Assembly: GCA_040901985.1 (NCBI GenBank)
Contig: JBBDYC010000008.1
Coordinates: forward strand, 144,490 to 208,489
Direction: 5' to 3'
Length of the DNA stretch: 64,000 nt
From: Gemmatimonadaceae bacterium
Lineage (GTDB): Bacteria > Gemmatimonadota > Gemmatimonadetes > Gemmatimonadales > Gemmatimonadaceae
Notes under the pieces: generated by a model
Seen by the model: only the letters and a program-made list of their open reading frames with translations
Databases searched by the model: none
What the model was told of the DNA's origin: nothing
Position numbers and translations under genes: made by a program
Shown: positions 10,324-19,219 of the stretch, piece by piece
Position numbering within the stretch: position 1 is the stretch's first letter
How the letters are laid out: each line of letters opens with the position of its first letter

Positions 10324-10844
10324 CCGTTCCCGAAGGCACGCAGGCGCATCGCGAAGAGGCGCGCACGCAGGGCGCGCTCCAGTGCGCCGTACTCACCGTC
10401 AGCGATTCACGCACCGCCGCCACCGACGAATCCGGCCCGTTGATCCGCCGGCTCCTCGAGGGCGCCGGACATACCGTCCTCGCGCACGACCTCCTGCCGA
10501 ACGACGAGGCACGGGTGCGCACACACGTGCAGCAGTGGCTCGCGCGCGGCGACCTCCAGGCGATCCTCATCACCGGCGGGACCGGGCTCGGCACGAAGGA
10601 CCGGACGATCGAGGCGGTGCGGCCGCTCTTCGAGAAGGAGATTCCCGGCTTCGGCGAGCTGTTTCGCCTGTTGAGCTACCAGGAGCAGATTGGCACCACG
10701 GCCATCCTGTCGCGCGCAGTGGCGGGGTCGGCTCGGGGCGCGGTGATCGTCTCGATGCCCGGCTCGCGGGCGGCGGTGGAACTCGCGGTCACGCGGATCC
10801 TCGTGCCGGAGCTGCCGCACCTCTTGCGCGAGGTCCGCCGCTGA
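10320..10844 (+). CDS. moaB: MoaB/MogA-family molybdenum cofactor biosynthesis protein
   Basis: VLTVSDSR, DESG, ITGGTG, EIPGFGE, SRAVAG, MPGS motifs. Confidence 0.85.
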   Translation: MTVPEGTQAHREEARTQGALQCAVLTVSDSRTAATDESGPLIRRLLEGAGHTVLAHDLLPNDEARVRTHVQQWLARGDLQAILITGGTGLGTKDRTIEAVRPLFEKEIPGFGELFRLLSYQEQIGTTAILSRAVAGSARGAVIVSMPGSRAAVELAVTRILVPELPHLLREVRR

Positions 10845-10850
10845 CGGTGC

Positions 10851-11276
10851 CTACCCCTCGAGATCCAATGTCCAGCTGACCGGCATGTCCGGGTCGAGGG
10901 TGTCGCGGACCGAGCAGTACTTGGTGACCGCGAGCTCGATGGCGCGCTCGGCGTGCGGGCGCTCGATCCCCGCGCCGCGGATGCGGAACTTCATCAGCAC
11001 GCTGGTCACGCGCGGTGGGACGGCCGCAGCGCGATCGCCGATGACCTCGATGCTCAGCGCCTCCACCGGCGTGCGCCGCTTGGCGAGGATCTCGGCCACG
11101 TCAATTCCCGAGCACGAGGCGAGCGCGCACAGCAGCGCGTCCACCGGGCTGGGGCCGGTCTCGCGTCGCCCGTCGGTGCGGAAGGTCTCGCGTCCCGGCA
11201 GGCCGGAATCGAATCGTTCGTCTCCCGCCCAGGTCGCGACGATCCTCGCCGGCGGCTTGGTCTTCACTTCGGTCAC
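10851..11276 (-). CDS. OsmC/YhfA-family protein
   Basis: GPSP...LASCSGIDV...KYCSV (two conserved Cys). Confidence 0.87.
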   Translation of the reverse strand: MTEVKTKPPARIVATWAGDERFDSGLPGRETFRTDGRRETGPSPVDALLCALASCSGIDVAEILAKRRTPVEALSIEVIGDRAAAVPPRVTSVLMKFRIRGAGIERPHAERAIELAVTKYCSVRDTLDPDMPVSWTLDLEG

Positions 11277-11337
11277 GGTGGCTCCTGGTCACGCGTTCTC
11301 ACGTCGGCCGATTGGCTGGACGAAAGCTAGTCGAGCG

Positions 11338-11670
11338 TCAGCCGATCTTCGTGCCGTTGGCGACGGGCGAGTCGGGGAGGAGCAGGACGACGTCCGTCGG
11401 GTCGGGCATTGCGCCGAGGACGAGCACCTGGCTCTCGAAGCCGGCGATGCGCCGCGTGCCGAGGTTCACCGCCGCGACGACCTGCCGCCCGACGAGATCC
11501 TCGGGGCGGTAGCGCTTGGTCAACTGGGCGCTGGACCGCCGGACCCCGAGCTCGGCGCCGAAGTCAATGGCGAGCCGGAGCGACGGCTTGCGCGCCTCGC
11601 GGAACGGCTCCGCCGTCACGACCGTCCCGACCCGCAAGTCGAGCGCTTGGAACTCCTCAGGCGTCGCCAT
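11338..11670 (-). CDS. csaA: CsaA-type tRNA-binding/secretion chaperone
   Basis: FQALDLRVG, IDFG, SSAQLT, IAGFESQVLVLG. Confidence 0.88.
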   Translation of the reverse strand: MATPEEFQALDLRVGTVVTAEPFREARKPSLRLAIDFGAELGVRRSSAQLTKRYRPEDLVGRQVVAAVNLGTRRIAGFESQVLVLGAMPDPTDVVLLLPDSPVANGTKIG

Positions 11671-11716
11671 TTGGCTAATCTACAGGCACTTGGCCGCCCA
11701 GGAGGGAAGCGGGCAG

Positions 11717-11760
11717 TCCCACCTCCCACCTGTCACCTCCCACCTGTCACCTCCCACCTG
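11717..11760 (+). repeat. Heptamer tandem array (TCCCACC/TGTCACC)x6
   Basis: tcccacc tcccacc tgtcacc tcccacc tgtcacc tcccacc tg, just upstream of ATG 11769. Confidence 0.9.
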
Positions 11761-11768
11761 TCGTCCAG

Positions 11769-12092
11769 ATGTCCCAGTACGAAAAACACGTCTTCGTCTG
11801 CACGAGCGGCAAGGAGTGTCTGGCGGCCAACTCGCCCGACGTCTTCAAGCAGCTCAAGGACGCGGCGCGTGCGGCAGGGATTACGCAACAGGTGAGGATC
11901 AACCACTCCGGCTGCACCGGCCAGTGCGGCCACGGACCGATGGTTGTCGTGTATCCCGAAAACGTCTGGTACGGCGGCGTGACGCTCGCACGCGCGGCGC
12001 GGATCTTCGACGAGCACCTGGTGGGCGGGCGGGCGGTGGAGGAGTATCGCTATGTCGCGCCGCCGGGCGAGAACAAGGTGACCAAGGAGTGA
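11769..12092 (+). CDS. Thioredoxin-like [2Fe-2S] ferredoxin
   Basis: HVFVCTSGKEC...SGCTGQCGHGPMVVVYPENVWY...EHL. Confidence 0.9.
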   Translation: MSQYEKHVFVCTSGKECLAANSPDVFKQLKDAARAAGITQQVRINHSGCTGQCGHGPMVVVYPENVWYGGVTLARAARIFDEHLVGGRAVEEYRYVAPPGENKVTKE

Positions 12093-12118
12093 GTGGCGAC
12101 TCCCGGCCGGCGCCGGTG

Positions 12119-12430
12119 ATGGAGCCCTATGCGCGCCACGTCCTCGTCTGCACCGGCGGGTTCTGTTCGCGCGAGCGCGGCGGACGCGCGCTCTATGCCC
12201 AGCTCGCGCAGCTCCTCGAGCGCGAGGACCTCCTCTTCGGGCCGACGCGGGTGAAGCGCAGCGAGGCCCCCTGCCTCGGCGTCTGCGATGGCGGGCCCAT
12301 CGTCGCGGTTTACCCCGAGGGGGTCTGGTACGCCGGGGTCACCCCGCCGTTGATGGAGCGGATCGTCGTCGAGCACCTGCGCGACGGGCGCGAGATCCGG
12401 GAGGCAGTCTTCCACCGATTGGGCGGGTGA
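12119..12430 (+). CDS. Second thioredoxin-like [2Fe-2S] ferredoxin
   Basis: HVLVCTGGFC...PCLGVCDGGPIVAVYPEGVWY...EHL. Confidence 0.88.
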   Translation: MEPYARHVLVCTGGFCSRERGGRALYAQLAQLLEREDLLFGPTRVKRSEAPCLGVCDGGPIVAVYPEGVWYAGVTPPLMERIVVEHLRDGREIREAVFHRLGG

Positions 12431-12488
12431 CCCGCTTGCGGACGCCGTGGCGGGCGCGAGATTTCTGCCCACCCAATCTCCCACGGCG

Positions 12489-12776
12489 ATGACGAGCAAG
12501 GACCATCAGATCGGCGAAGTGATGTACGAGCGCACGATGACTGCCGGACCAGTCGTGCGGATTCGGCGCGTCGAGCCGTCTGGGGGCGGTGCCGTGTGCG
12601 GGGTGATCGAAGTGGACCGCCGGGCTGGCACGCCCCGCGCTGCTGAGGGCGGCATCCCGCCGGCGGTGATGGCGGTGGAGGGCGAGACCGAGGCCGCGGT
12701 GGTGGCATCGCTCCTCCCGTTCGTCGAGGACGACTCGGCGATCGCGCGTCTCCTGGCGGCGCGAGGGATCCGCTAG
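12489..12776 (+). CDS. Hypothetical protein
   Basis: Protein-like ORF with G/C-ending codons; start uncertain (12447 or 12489). Confidence 0.6.
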   Translation: MTSKDHQIGEVMYERTMTAGPVVRIRRVEPSGGGAVCGVIEVDRRAGTPRAAEGGIPPAVMAVEGETEAAVVASLLPFVEDDSAIARLLAARGIR

Positions 12777-13450
12777 GGCGCCTGCGGGAGCGTGTAGTCC
12801 CAGATCCGCTCCGAGCCGTCGGGCTGCGAATAGCGCGCGCGGACGGTCTCACCCGGACGCGCGGTCACGATCCCATTCCGCGGCCGCGGCCCGCCGTGCG
12901 TGAATTTCAAGGCCCCGATGTAGTACTGGCCAAGGATCTCGAACGACGCCGGCTCGGTGGTGGCGTAGTGGAGGTTTGCCGAGCGCACGCCGGAGTACTG
13001 GCGGACGGCCAGCAGGGTCCGGTCGAGGCTGCCGAGCGTGTAGTAGAAATCCCGTCCGGGCACGTCGTTGCCGATCCAACGCCCGCCGAGCGACCGCACA
13101 ATCGCCTCGGCCTCGCGTGGGTCGCGGCCGTCGCGCATCGTCACGGTGAGCCGCTGGCACTCGTAGATCCACTTCCGGCGGTCGTGACAATAGCCGAAGC
13201 CGATGCGGACCACCTCGCTGTCGCCCGCGCTCGTGATGATGTCAATCGGGATCACCGTACCGACGGGGAGCCGATAGTCGAGGTCGAGCGGCTGGGCGGC
13301 GACGCCGATCAGTCCGCCGTCGGTGGCATCGCCCCAAAGGTAGATGTGCAGTTCCGGCCGGAGCTCAGGGGCGAGGAGGGGTGCCGTCGGTGCCACATCG
13401 CACGAGACGAGCGCAACGGCCAGCAGGAGGCCTGCGCCGCCACTCCTCAC
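12773..13450 (-). CDS. Hypothetical lipoprotein
   Basis: Lipobox-like LVSC after a hydrophobic stretch; GTGA overlap with the cupredoxin gene. Confidence 0.65.
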   Translation of the reverse strand: MRSGGAGLLLAVALVSCDVAPTAPLLAPELRPELHIYLWGDATDGGLIGVAAQPLDLDYRLPVGTVIPIDIITSAGDSEVVRIGFGYCHDRRKWIYECQRLTVTMRDGRDPREAEAIVRSLGGRWIGNDVPGRDFYYTLGSLDRTLLAVRQYSGVRSANLHYATTEPASFEILGQYYIGALKFTHGGPRPRNGIVTARPGETVRARYSQPDGSERIWDYTLPQAP

Positions 13451-13791
13451 TCGACGATGATCGTGCCCGACATTGCCGCGCCGTGGAGCGTGCAGAGGTA
13501 CGGGTAGCTGCCGACCGTCGGAAAGTCGCGCTGGTAGGTCCCGGACGACTGGTTGACCGAGGCGGGGCCGTCATCGAATGTGACATTGTGCAGCGCGCTG
13601 CCGGCGTTCCACGTCCAAGTCACCGTGGAGCCGCTCGGCACCCTGGAGGTGGACGGGCTGAAGAAGTTGTTGCCGACCTTGATCTCCGTGCTTGTGCCGC
13701 TGCCGCCGGTGATGACGCCGTCACCGCAGGCGGCCAGCGCCGCGACCACCACCATCGCACCGAGTACTCGGCGAATGCGCATTGCGTCCAT
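13447..13791 (-). CDS. Plastocyanin/azurin-family cupredoxin lipoprotein
   Basis: GGAGG RBS; LAAC lipobox; HNVTF and YLCTLHGAAM type-1 Cu ligands (H, C, H, M). Confidence 0.85.
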   Translation of the reverse strand: MDAMRIRRVLGAMVVVAALAACGDGVITGGSGTSTEIKVGNNFFSPSTSRVPSGSTVTWTWNAGSALHNVTFDDGPASVNQSSGTYQRDFPTVGSYPYLCTLHGAAMSGTIIVE

Positions 13792-13823
13792 TGCCACCTC
13801 CGGAGATGGAGTCTGGGCAGACG

Positions 13824-13852
13824 TTGACGGCGCGCGCAAGGCCGTGTATCGT
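13824..13852 (+). promoter_or_regulatory. Sigma70-like promoter for the leader peptide/phhA transcript
   Basis: TTGACG-17 nt-TATCGT; the leader ATG lies 7 nt after the -10 box. Confidence 0.65.
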
Positions 13853-13859
13853 GAGGAAG

Positions 13860-13952
13860 ATGCGCACCACCACTACCCCCGCGACGTATTCGTACGTCAG
13901 CACCTACGCACCCCGTGACCCGGGGCGTGGAGCTTGGGGTGTGCGCACGTAA
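13860..13952 (+). CDS. Putative Tyr-rich attenuator leader peptide MRTTTTPATYSYVSTYAPRDPGRGAWGVRT
   Basis: 30-codon ORF with 3 Tyr codons within 7 codons, between the promoter and an intrinsic terminator, upstream of phhA. Confidence 0.7.
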   Translation: MRTTTTPATYSYVSTYAPRDPGRGAWGVRT

Positions 13953-13977
13953 CGACGCGCAACGACCGATTCCTCCG

Positions 13978-14009
13978 CGGCCCGTGGACCTCCACGGGCC
14001 GTTTTTTTT
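13978..14009 (+). terminator. Intrinsic terminator in the phhA leader (attenuator)
   Basis: cggcccgtgg-acct-ccacgggccg perfect 10-bp stem followed by T8. Confidence 0.9.
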
Positions 14010-14033
14010 CGTCCCTCAGCCGAGAGCACCCCC

Positions 14034-14813
14034 ATGCAGCCCCATCCAGATCACGCCGCGCCGTCCGTCGTCGCCTCCGAGGCGCTCCCCGCGTTCGTCG
14101 AGCAGCGCTACGCGGCGTACACCGACGAGGAGCACGACGTCTGGGGGATCCTGTACGCGCGGCGGATGGCGGCGCTCGAGGAGACCGCCAGCCGGGTCTT
14201 CCTGGATGGCGCCGAGCGAATTGGCCTCGCGCCCAACCGTGTGCCCGAGCTGGCCGAGGTGAACCGGCGGTTGGGGCCGACCACTGGCTGGAACGCCGTC
14301 GGGGTGGGCGGCTTCATCCCAGCCGCCGGATTCTTCCAATGCCTCGCGCAACGCCGCTTTCCGACGACGCTGATCGTGCGGCCGCGCGCGCAGCTCGATT
14401 ACCTCCCCGAGCCGGACATCTTCCACGACGTGTTCGGGCACGTGCCGCTCCACGCCGACCCGGTCTTCGCCGATTTCCTGCAGCGCTTCGGCGCGCTGGC
14501 GGCGACGGCCACCACCGAGGCGGAGACGACGGCGATGGCGCGGCTCTTCTGGTTCACCGTCGAGTTCGGCCTGGTGCGCGAGCGCGGTGCGACGCGGATC
14601 TACGGCAGCGGGTTGATTTCGTCGCACGGCGATGCCGCCAACGCGCTCGGCCCTGCCTGCGACCGGCGCCCGTTCACGCTCGACGCGGTGATCGGCCAGC
14701 CGTTCGAGATTGACCGGCTGCAGGACGTGCTCTTCGTGGTGGAGTCGTTCGACCAGCTCTTTGAGGCGGTGGAGGCGCTCTGGGCGCGGCGCGGCGGCGG
14801 GGGCGCGCGATGA
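14034..14813 (+). CDS. phhA: Phenylalanine 4-monooxygenase
   Basis: LDYLPEPDIFHDVFGHVP and WFTVEFGL iron ligands (H, H, E); IYGSGLISS. Confidence 0.93.
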   Translation: MQPHPDHAAPSVVASEALPAFVEQRYAAYTDEEHDVWGILYARRMAALEETASRVFLDGAERIGLAPNRVPELAEVNRRLGPTTGWNAVGVGGFIPAAGFFQCLAQRRFPTTLIVRPRAQLDYLPEPDIFHDVFGHVPLHADPVFADFLQRFGALAATATTEAETTAMARLFWFTVEFGLVRERGATRIYGSGLISSHGDAANALGPACDRRPFTLDAVIGQPFEIDRLQDVLFVVESFDQLFEAVEALWARRGGGGAR

Positions 14814-14853
14814 AGTTGCTCCGGCCTCCGGCGCGGACTAGGTTGCGCGGGGC

Positions 14854-15171
14854 ATGACTCCCTCCTCCGACGCCCGCCGCCAGTTGCTCGGCGCGGCGAA
14901 GAAGTTCCTGCTCGACTCGCCGAAGGCGCCGTCCGTGGCGCCGGTCGTCCCGCCGCGCCTTACGCCCGCCGCCCTGGAGAAGATCCCGATGTCCCGCTCC
15001 CGCGACCGCATCCTCGCCAACCTCGAGGAGATGTACACCGAGGCCTTCCAGCGGGCCAAGGAATCGGGCGACGACGCCCAGATGGCGACGCTCGACTTTG
15101 CCTACCGCCGCGAGCAGCTCTATTTCGAGATCCTGCTCGACGTGCGCGATGCCGTCGAGCGGAAGGGCTGA
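14854..15171 (+). CDS. Hypothetical protein
   Basis: 105-aa helical-looking ORF with typical codon usage. Confidence 0.7.
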   Translation: MTPSSDARRQLLGAAKKFLLDSPKAPSVAPVVPPRLTPAALEKIPMSRSRDRILANLEEMYTEAFQRAKESGDDAQMATLDFAYRREQLYFEILLDVRDAVERKG

Positions 15172-15196
15172 GGACGCACGGTCGCCGGACGCGCCG

Positions 15197-15403
15197 ATGC
15201 TCCGCCTGATCGTCAACGCCCGCATCGCGACCGGTGATCCCAGGCGCCCGTGGGCCGACGCGCTGCTGCTCGACGGGGACCGGGTGATGGCGATCGGGGC
15301 GAGCGCCGAGCTGCGCAAGCGCGCCCGGGCGGCGGACGTCGAGGTCGTGGATGCGCAGGGGGGCGTCGTCGAACCCGACGGCGCCCCCTACGTCACCCGG
15401 TGA
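15197..15403 (+). CDS. Small protein resembling the N-terminal beta module of YtcJ-like amidohydrolases
   Basis: LIVNARIATGDPRRPWADALLLDGDRVMAIG...VVDAQG; no catalytic barrel follows. Confidence 0.55.
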   Translation: MLRLIVNARIATGDPRRPWADALLLDGDRVMAIGASAELRKRARAADVEVVDAQGGVVEPDGAPYVTR

Positions 15404-15424
15404 GGCGCGATGCTCTGCACGTGG

Positions 15425-17533
15425 TCAGAACGCGGTGAGCTCCTCGAAGGCCCGCGCGAAGTCCGCCACCTGCGGCAGGATCGCGTCCTCGAGGGACGGG
15501 GCGTAGCCGACGAAGGTGTCGGTGCTCGCCACGCGCTTCACCGGCGCGTCGAGCCAGGCGAAGCAGTCGTCGGCGATCCGCGCCGCGATCTCAGCGCCGT
15601 ACCCCCACGAGATTGAGTCCTCGTACGCCACGAGCGCGCGGCCGGTCTTCCGCACCGACGCATAGACTGCCTCGCGGTCCCACGGCGCGAGCGTGCGAAG
15701 GTCAAGCACCTCGACCGCGATGCCCTTCTCCTCCTCGACCTGGTTGGCGGCGGCGAGCGCGCGCTGCACGGTGGCGCCGTAGGTCACGACCGTTGCATCG
15801 CGCCCCTCCTTCACGACCCGCGCCTTGCCGAACGGAATCATGAAGTTCGGGCCCGGATAGGCGGACTTGTTGTAGGTCTGGCGGTAGAGGTGCTTGTGTT
15901 CGAGGAAAATCACCGGGTCGTCGCAGCGGATTGCCGTCCGCAACAGTCCGTTGGCGTCGAGGGCGTTGCTGGGGCAGACGACACGGAGTCCGGGGCAGTG
16001 CGTGAAGAGCGAGGCGCCGGTCTGCGAGTGGTAGATCGCGCCACGGATGTAGCCGCCGTACGTGGTCCGGACCACCACCGGCGCGGCGAAGGCGTTGTTC
16101 GACCGCCAGCGCATCGTCGCCAGCTCGTCGCGCAGCTGCATGTAGGCCGGCCAGATGTAGTCGAAGAACTGGATCTCGACGACCGGCTTGAAGCCGCGGA
16201 GCGCCATCCCGATGGCGCGGCCGATGATGTTGGCCTCGGCGAGGGGCGAGTTGTAGACGCGCGTGCCGCCGAACTCCTTCTGCAGCCCCCACGTCACCTT
16301 GAAGACGCCGCCCTTGCCCTTGACCTTGCCGAGGTACTCCTCGCGCGAGACGTCGGCCACGTCCTCGCCGAAGACCACGATCGTCCCGTCGCGCCGCATC
16401 TCGTCCTTCATCGCCGCGTTGAGGAGGTCCACCATCGTCGTCGGGTCGCCGGAGAAGTGCGGGTCGTCCTCGGTGTCGAATTGCTCGCCGGTCGGGTCCA
16501 CGTCGGGCGAATACACGGCGAACGGCACCGTCGAGGGGTCGGGCTGCGGCTGGGCGAGCGCATCGTCAGTGGCCGCCAGCACCTCGGCATCCACCTCCTC
16601 GTGCAGCTTCGCCAGCTGCGCCTCGGTCACATAGCTCTCGTCGAGCAGCCACTTGGGGAACGTGACGAGCGGGTCGCGCGCCGCATCGGCGTTCCGTTCC
16701 GTGTCGGGGCGGTACATCACCTCGTCGTCGGAGAGCGAATGTGAATAGGGGCGGATGACCTTGGCGTGGACGAGCGCCGGTCCCTTTCGCTCCCGCGCGT
16801 AGGCGACGGCCTTCTGAATCACGTCATACGACGCGAGGAGGTCGCAGCCGTCCACCTCCTGGACGAGGAGTCCGGGGAACGACGCGACGAGTTTGGAGAT
16901 CGAGCCGCCTGCGGTGTTGACCTCGACCGGGACCGAGATGGCGTAGCCGTTGTCCTCGACGAGGTAGACGACCGGCGCCTTGAGGTTGCAGGCCGAGTTG
17001 AGCGACTCCCAGAACTCACCCTCGGACGTGGTGCCGTCGCCGGTGGTCACGAGGACGACTTCGTCCTTCCTGAAGTCGTCCTTGATGCCGAGGGTCTTGG
17101 CGCGGAGCACGGCCTCGGCGGAGCCGACCGCCTGCAGGAACTGCGTCCCGGTGGGGGACGAGGTGGAGACGATGTTGAGCTTCCGGTGGCCCCAGTGCGA
17201 CGGCATCTGGCGGCCGCCGGAGTTGGGGTCGATCGCTGCGCCGACGGCGGAGTAGAGCATCTCGGCCGGCGTCATCCCGAGCTGCAGGCAGAGCGCGCGG
17301 TCGCGGTAATACAGGTAGAACCAGTCGTGGGCCGGCTTGAGGACCATCCCGGCGGCGGTGAGCACGGCCTCGTGGCCGGCGCCGGAGATCTGGAAGAAGA
17401 TCTTGTTCTGGCGCTTGAGCTGGATCTCCTTGTCGTCGAGGCGGCGCGACAGGAGCATCGTGCGGTAGGCGGCGACGAGCTGGTCCTTCGTGAGGCCGTG
17501 GGTCGCTCGGCGGGCCTTGGCGGAGGTGGCCAT
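15425..17533 (-). CDS. 2-oxoacid (probably branched-chain) dehydrogenase E1, fused alpha/beta
   Basis: SGAGHEA, GRQMPSH, TPP motif GDG...EDN, HSLSDD; beta part GEDVA, PLAEA, EIQFFDY, FLEHK. Confidence 0.92.
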   Translation of the reverse strand: MATSAKARRATHGLTKDQLVAAYRTMLLSRRLDDKEIQLKRQNKIFFQISGAGHEAVLTAAGMVLKPAHDWFYLYYRDRALCLQLGMTPAEMLYSAVGAAIDPNSGGRQMPSHWGHRKLNIVSTSSPTGTQFLQAVGSAEAVLRAKTLGIKDDFRKDEVVLVTTGDGTTSEGEFWESLNSACNLKAPVVYLVEDNGYAISVPVEVNTAGGSISKLVASFPGLLVQEVDGCDLLASYDVIQKAVAYARERKGPALVHAKVIRPYSHSLSDDEVMYRPDTERNADAARDPLVTFPKWLLDESYVTEAQLAKLHEEVDAEVLAATDDALAQPQPDPSTVPFAVYSPDVDPTGEQFDTEDDPHFSGDPTTMVDLLNAAMKDEMRRDGTIVVFGEDVADVSREEYLGKVKGKGGVFKVTWGLQKEFGGTRVYNSPLAEANIIGRAIGMALRGFKPVVEIQFFDYIWPAYMQLRDELATMRWRSNNAFAAPVVVRTTYGGYIRGAIYHSQTGASLFTHCPGLRVVCPSNALDANGLLRTAIRCDDPVIFLEHKHLYRQTYNKSAYPGPNFMIPFGKARVVKEGRDATVVTYGATVQRALAAANQVEEEKGIAVEVLDLRTLAPWDREAVYASVRKTGRALVAYEDSISWGYGAEIAARIADDCFAWLDAPVKRVASTDTFVGYAPSLEDAILPQVADFARAFEELTAF

Positions 17534-17823
17534 CGGGACGGGGCTGGGGTGGGAAGCCGGTACGCAATGAAAGATAACTCGGGCGGCGTTGCCATCGCCC
17601 GAGGAGGTGGGCCGCCGCTCACAAAGTTGCGACTTCACACCTTTGCCTTGCGCGCACTCAGGTGACCCCCCACTGATGACGCGCGTCATTCACTGCGAAG
17701 GGCGCGGCATGCCGCCGCCGCCCGCGATGGGAGGCCCGTGACCGGAACGTACGGACAGCCGTTCCAGCCGCATCTGCCACGGTCGCTGACAGCGACCGCG
17801 AATCACCGCCTCCTTCCCACAGC

Positions 17824-17870
17824 CGACACCCCGCCCGGGCACTCCGCCCCGTCGCGGGGTGTCGTCATTT
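17824..17870 (+). terminator. Strong hairpin, possible terminator/attenuator, upstream of the HNH gene
   Basis: cgacaccccgc/gcggggtgtcg 11-bp stem with inner gggc/gccc, followed by tcattt (weak U tail). Confidence 0.45.
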
Positions 17871-17883
17871 CCGGCGAGGTTCG

Positions 17884-18288
17884 ATGTCACATCGGCGCGT
17901 CCACAATGTCTCGCTCGCCCGTACCCCGCGCGGGCTATCCCGCCACGCTCGCTTCGTGCTTCACCAGCAGCACAAGCGCCAGGTCAAGCGAGCCACTTTC
18001 CGGGATTGTGGACGTCGTTGTGTCTATTGCGGGACCGCGCTCGGCCTCGAGAACGCCACACTGGATCACGTGATCCCGCTCTGCCGCGGCGGGAGCCACC
18101 AGCCGGGCAACCTGGTGGCGGCGTGCCAGCCCTGCAATCAACGGAAGGGGTCGCTCCTCCCCACCGAGTTCTTCAGCCGCTACCCGCACGCCGGCCAGAA
18201 CTTCATGCGCTTCGCGCGGGCGGTGCATCGGACGCTGAAGCGCGGCGCGAGACGGGCGGTCAGTCTGTACTACGCTCACGCGGCGTGA
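17884..18288 (+). CDS. HNH endonuclease (McrA-like, zinc finger)
   Basis: CVYCG...TLDHVIP..RGG...NLVAACQPCNQRKG; GAGG RBS. Confidence 0.88.
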   Translation: MSHRRVHNVSLARTPRGLSRHARFVLHQQHKRQVKRATFRDCGRRCVYCGTALGLENATLDHVIPLCRGGSHQPGNLVAACQPCNQRKGSLLPTEFFSRYPHAGQNFMRFARAVHRTLKRGARRAVSLYYAHAA

Positions 18289-19144
18289 GCCGAGGAGTCG
18301 AGCTCACGTCCTCGTAGTACAGCATCGCCCGCTTCCGGTCCGTCCCCCACGCGTAGCCGCCGAGTGCACCAGTCGAGCGAATCACCCGGTGGCAGGGGAT
18401 GAGGTAACTCACCGGATTGGCGCCGACCGCCGCGCCGACCGCGCGCGCGGCCTTGCGGTCGCCCACCGCGGTCGCGAGGTCGCCGTACGTCGTCACGCTG
18501 CCCGATGGGATCTCGAGCAATGCGCGCCAGACCTTGAGCTGGAAATTCGTCCCCTTCACGTGCAGCGAGAGCGCCGGCACCCGGTTGCTTCCCGGCGGCG
18601 GGAACGCCTTGGCCGCCGGGCCGCGCGTCGCGGCCTGGTCCGGCACAAGCTCGGCCAGCGGCCAGTCCTGCTTCAGCCGCTCGAGCGCATCGTGCCGCGC
18701 CTTCGGCTCCACGAATGCCAGATGACAGATGCCACGGGACGTCGCCGCCAACAGACACTCACCGAACGGGGTCGGGTGGAATCCGTAGCGCACCGTCACG
18801 CCGAGCCCGGCGCGCTGGTACTCGCCCGGCGTCACCGCCTCGGCGTTCACCACGAGGTCGTGCAGCCGTCCCGGTCCGGAGAGTCCGGCCGCATAGCTCA
18901 CCGCGAGCACCGGGCGCCGCTCGCGCAGCAGCCGCTTCACCACCTCGGCCGTGCGGTGCTGCACGAAGCGCTTGGGACTGATCCCCGCCCAGCGCGTGAA
19001 GACTTTCTGGAAATGCGACTCGCTCAACCCGACGTGCCGGGCCACCGTGCCGAGGCTCGGCGCGGTCGCGTGTTCGACGTCGAGAAAGCGGATCGCCCGC
19101 TCGATGCGGGCGTAGTCGGTCGTGAGTGTGGTGGCGGCGTCCAT
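18260..19144 (-). CDS. Ada-like AraC HTH / methylated-DNA-protein-cysteine methyltransferase
   Basis: LSESHFQKVFTRWAGISPK HTH; GTNFQLKVW, ARAVG, IPCHRV active site; no N-terminal Ada Zn domain. Confidence 0.9.
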   Translation of the reverse strand: MDAATTLTTDYARIERAIRFLDVEHATAPSLGTVARHVGLSESHFQKVFTRWAGISPKRFVQHRTAEVVKRLLRERRPVLAVSYAAGLSGPGRLHDLVVNAEAVTPGEYQRAGLGVTVRYGFHPTPFGECLLAATSRGICHLAFVEPKARHDALERLKQDWPLAELVPDQAATRGPAAKAFPPPGSNRVPALSLHVKGTNFQLKVWRALLEIPSGSVTTYGDLATAVGDRKAARAVGAAVGANPVSYLIPCHRVIRSTGALGGYAWGTDRKRAMLYYEDVSSTPRLTPRERSTD

Positions 19145-19219
19145 CGAACGGCTCCGGTGAGATGACGCCCGCACGTTACGTCTCGTAGCCATCGCCGACC
19201 ACCCGATTCTTGCGGTCCG

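Noticed and set aside
11717..11760. Repeat arrays as a CRISPR array
   Set aside because: These are 7-nt tandem units without spacers, and there are no cas genes.
17884..18288. HNH gene as IscB/Cas9 or as a mobile element
   Set aside because: Only 134 aa, no RuvC or PLMP segments, and no terminal repeats or target-site duplication seen.
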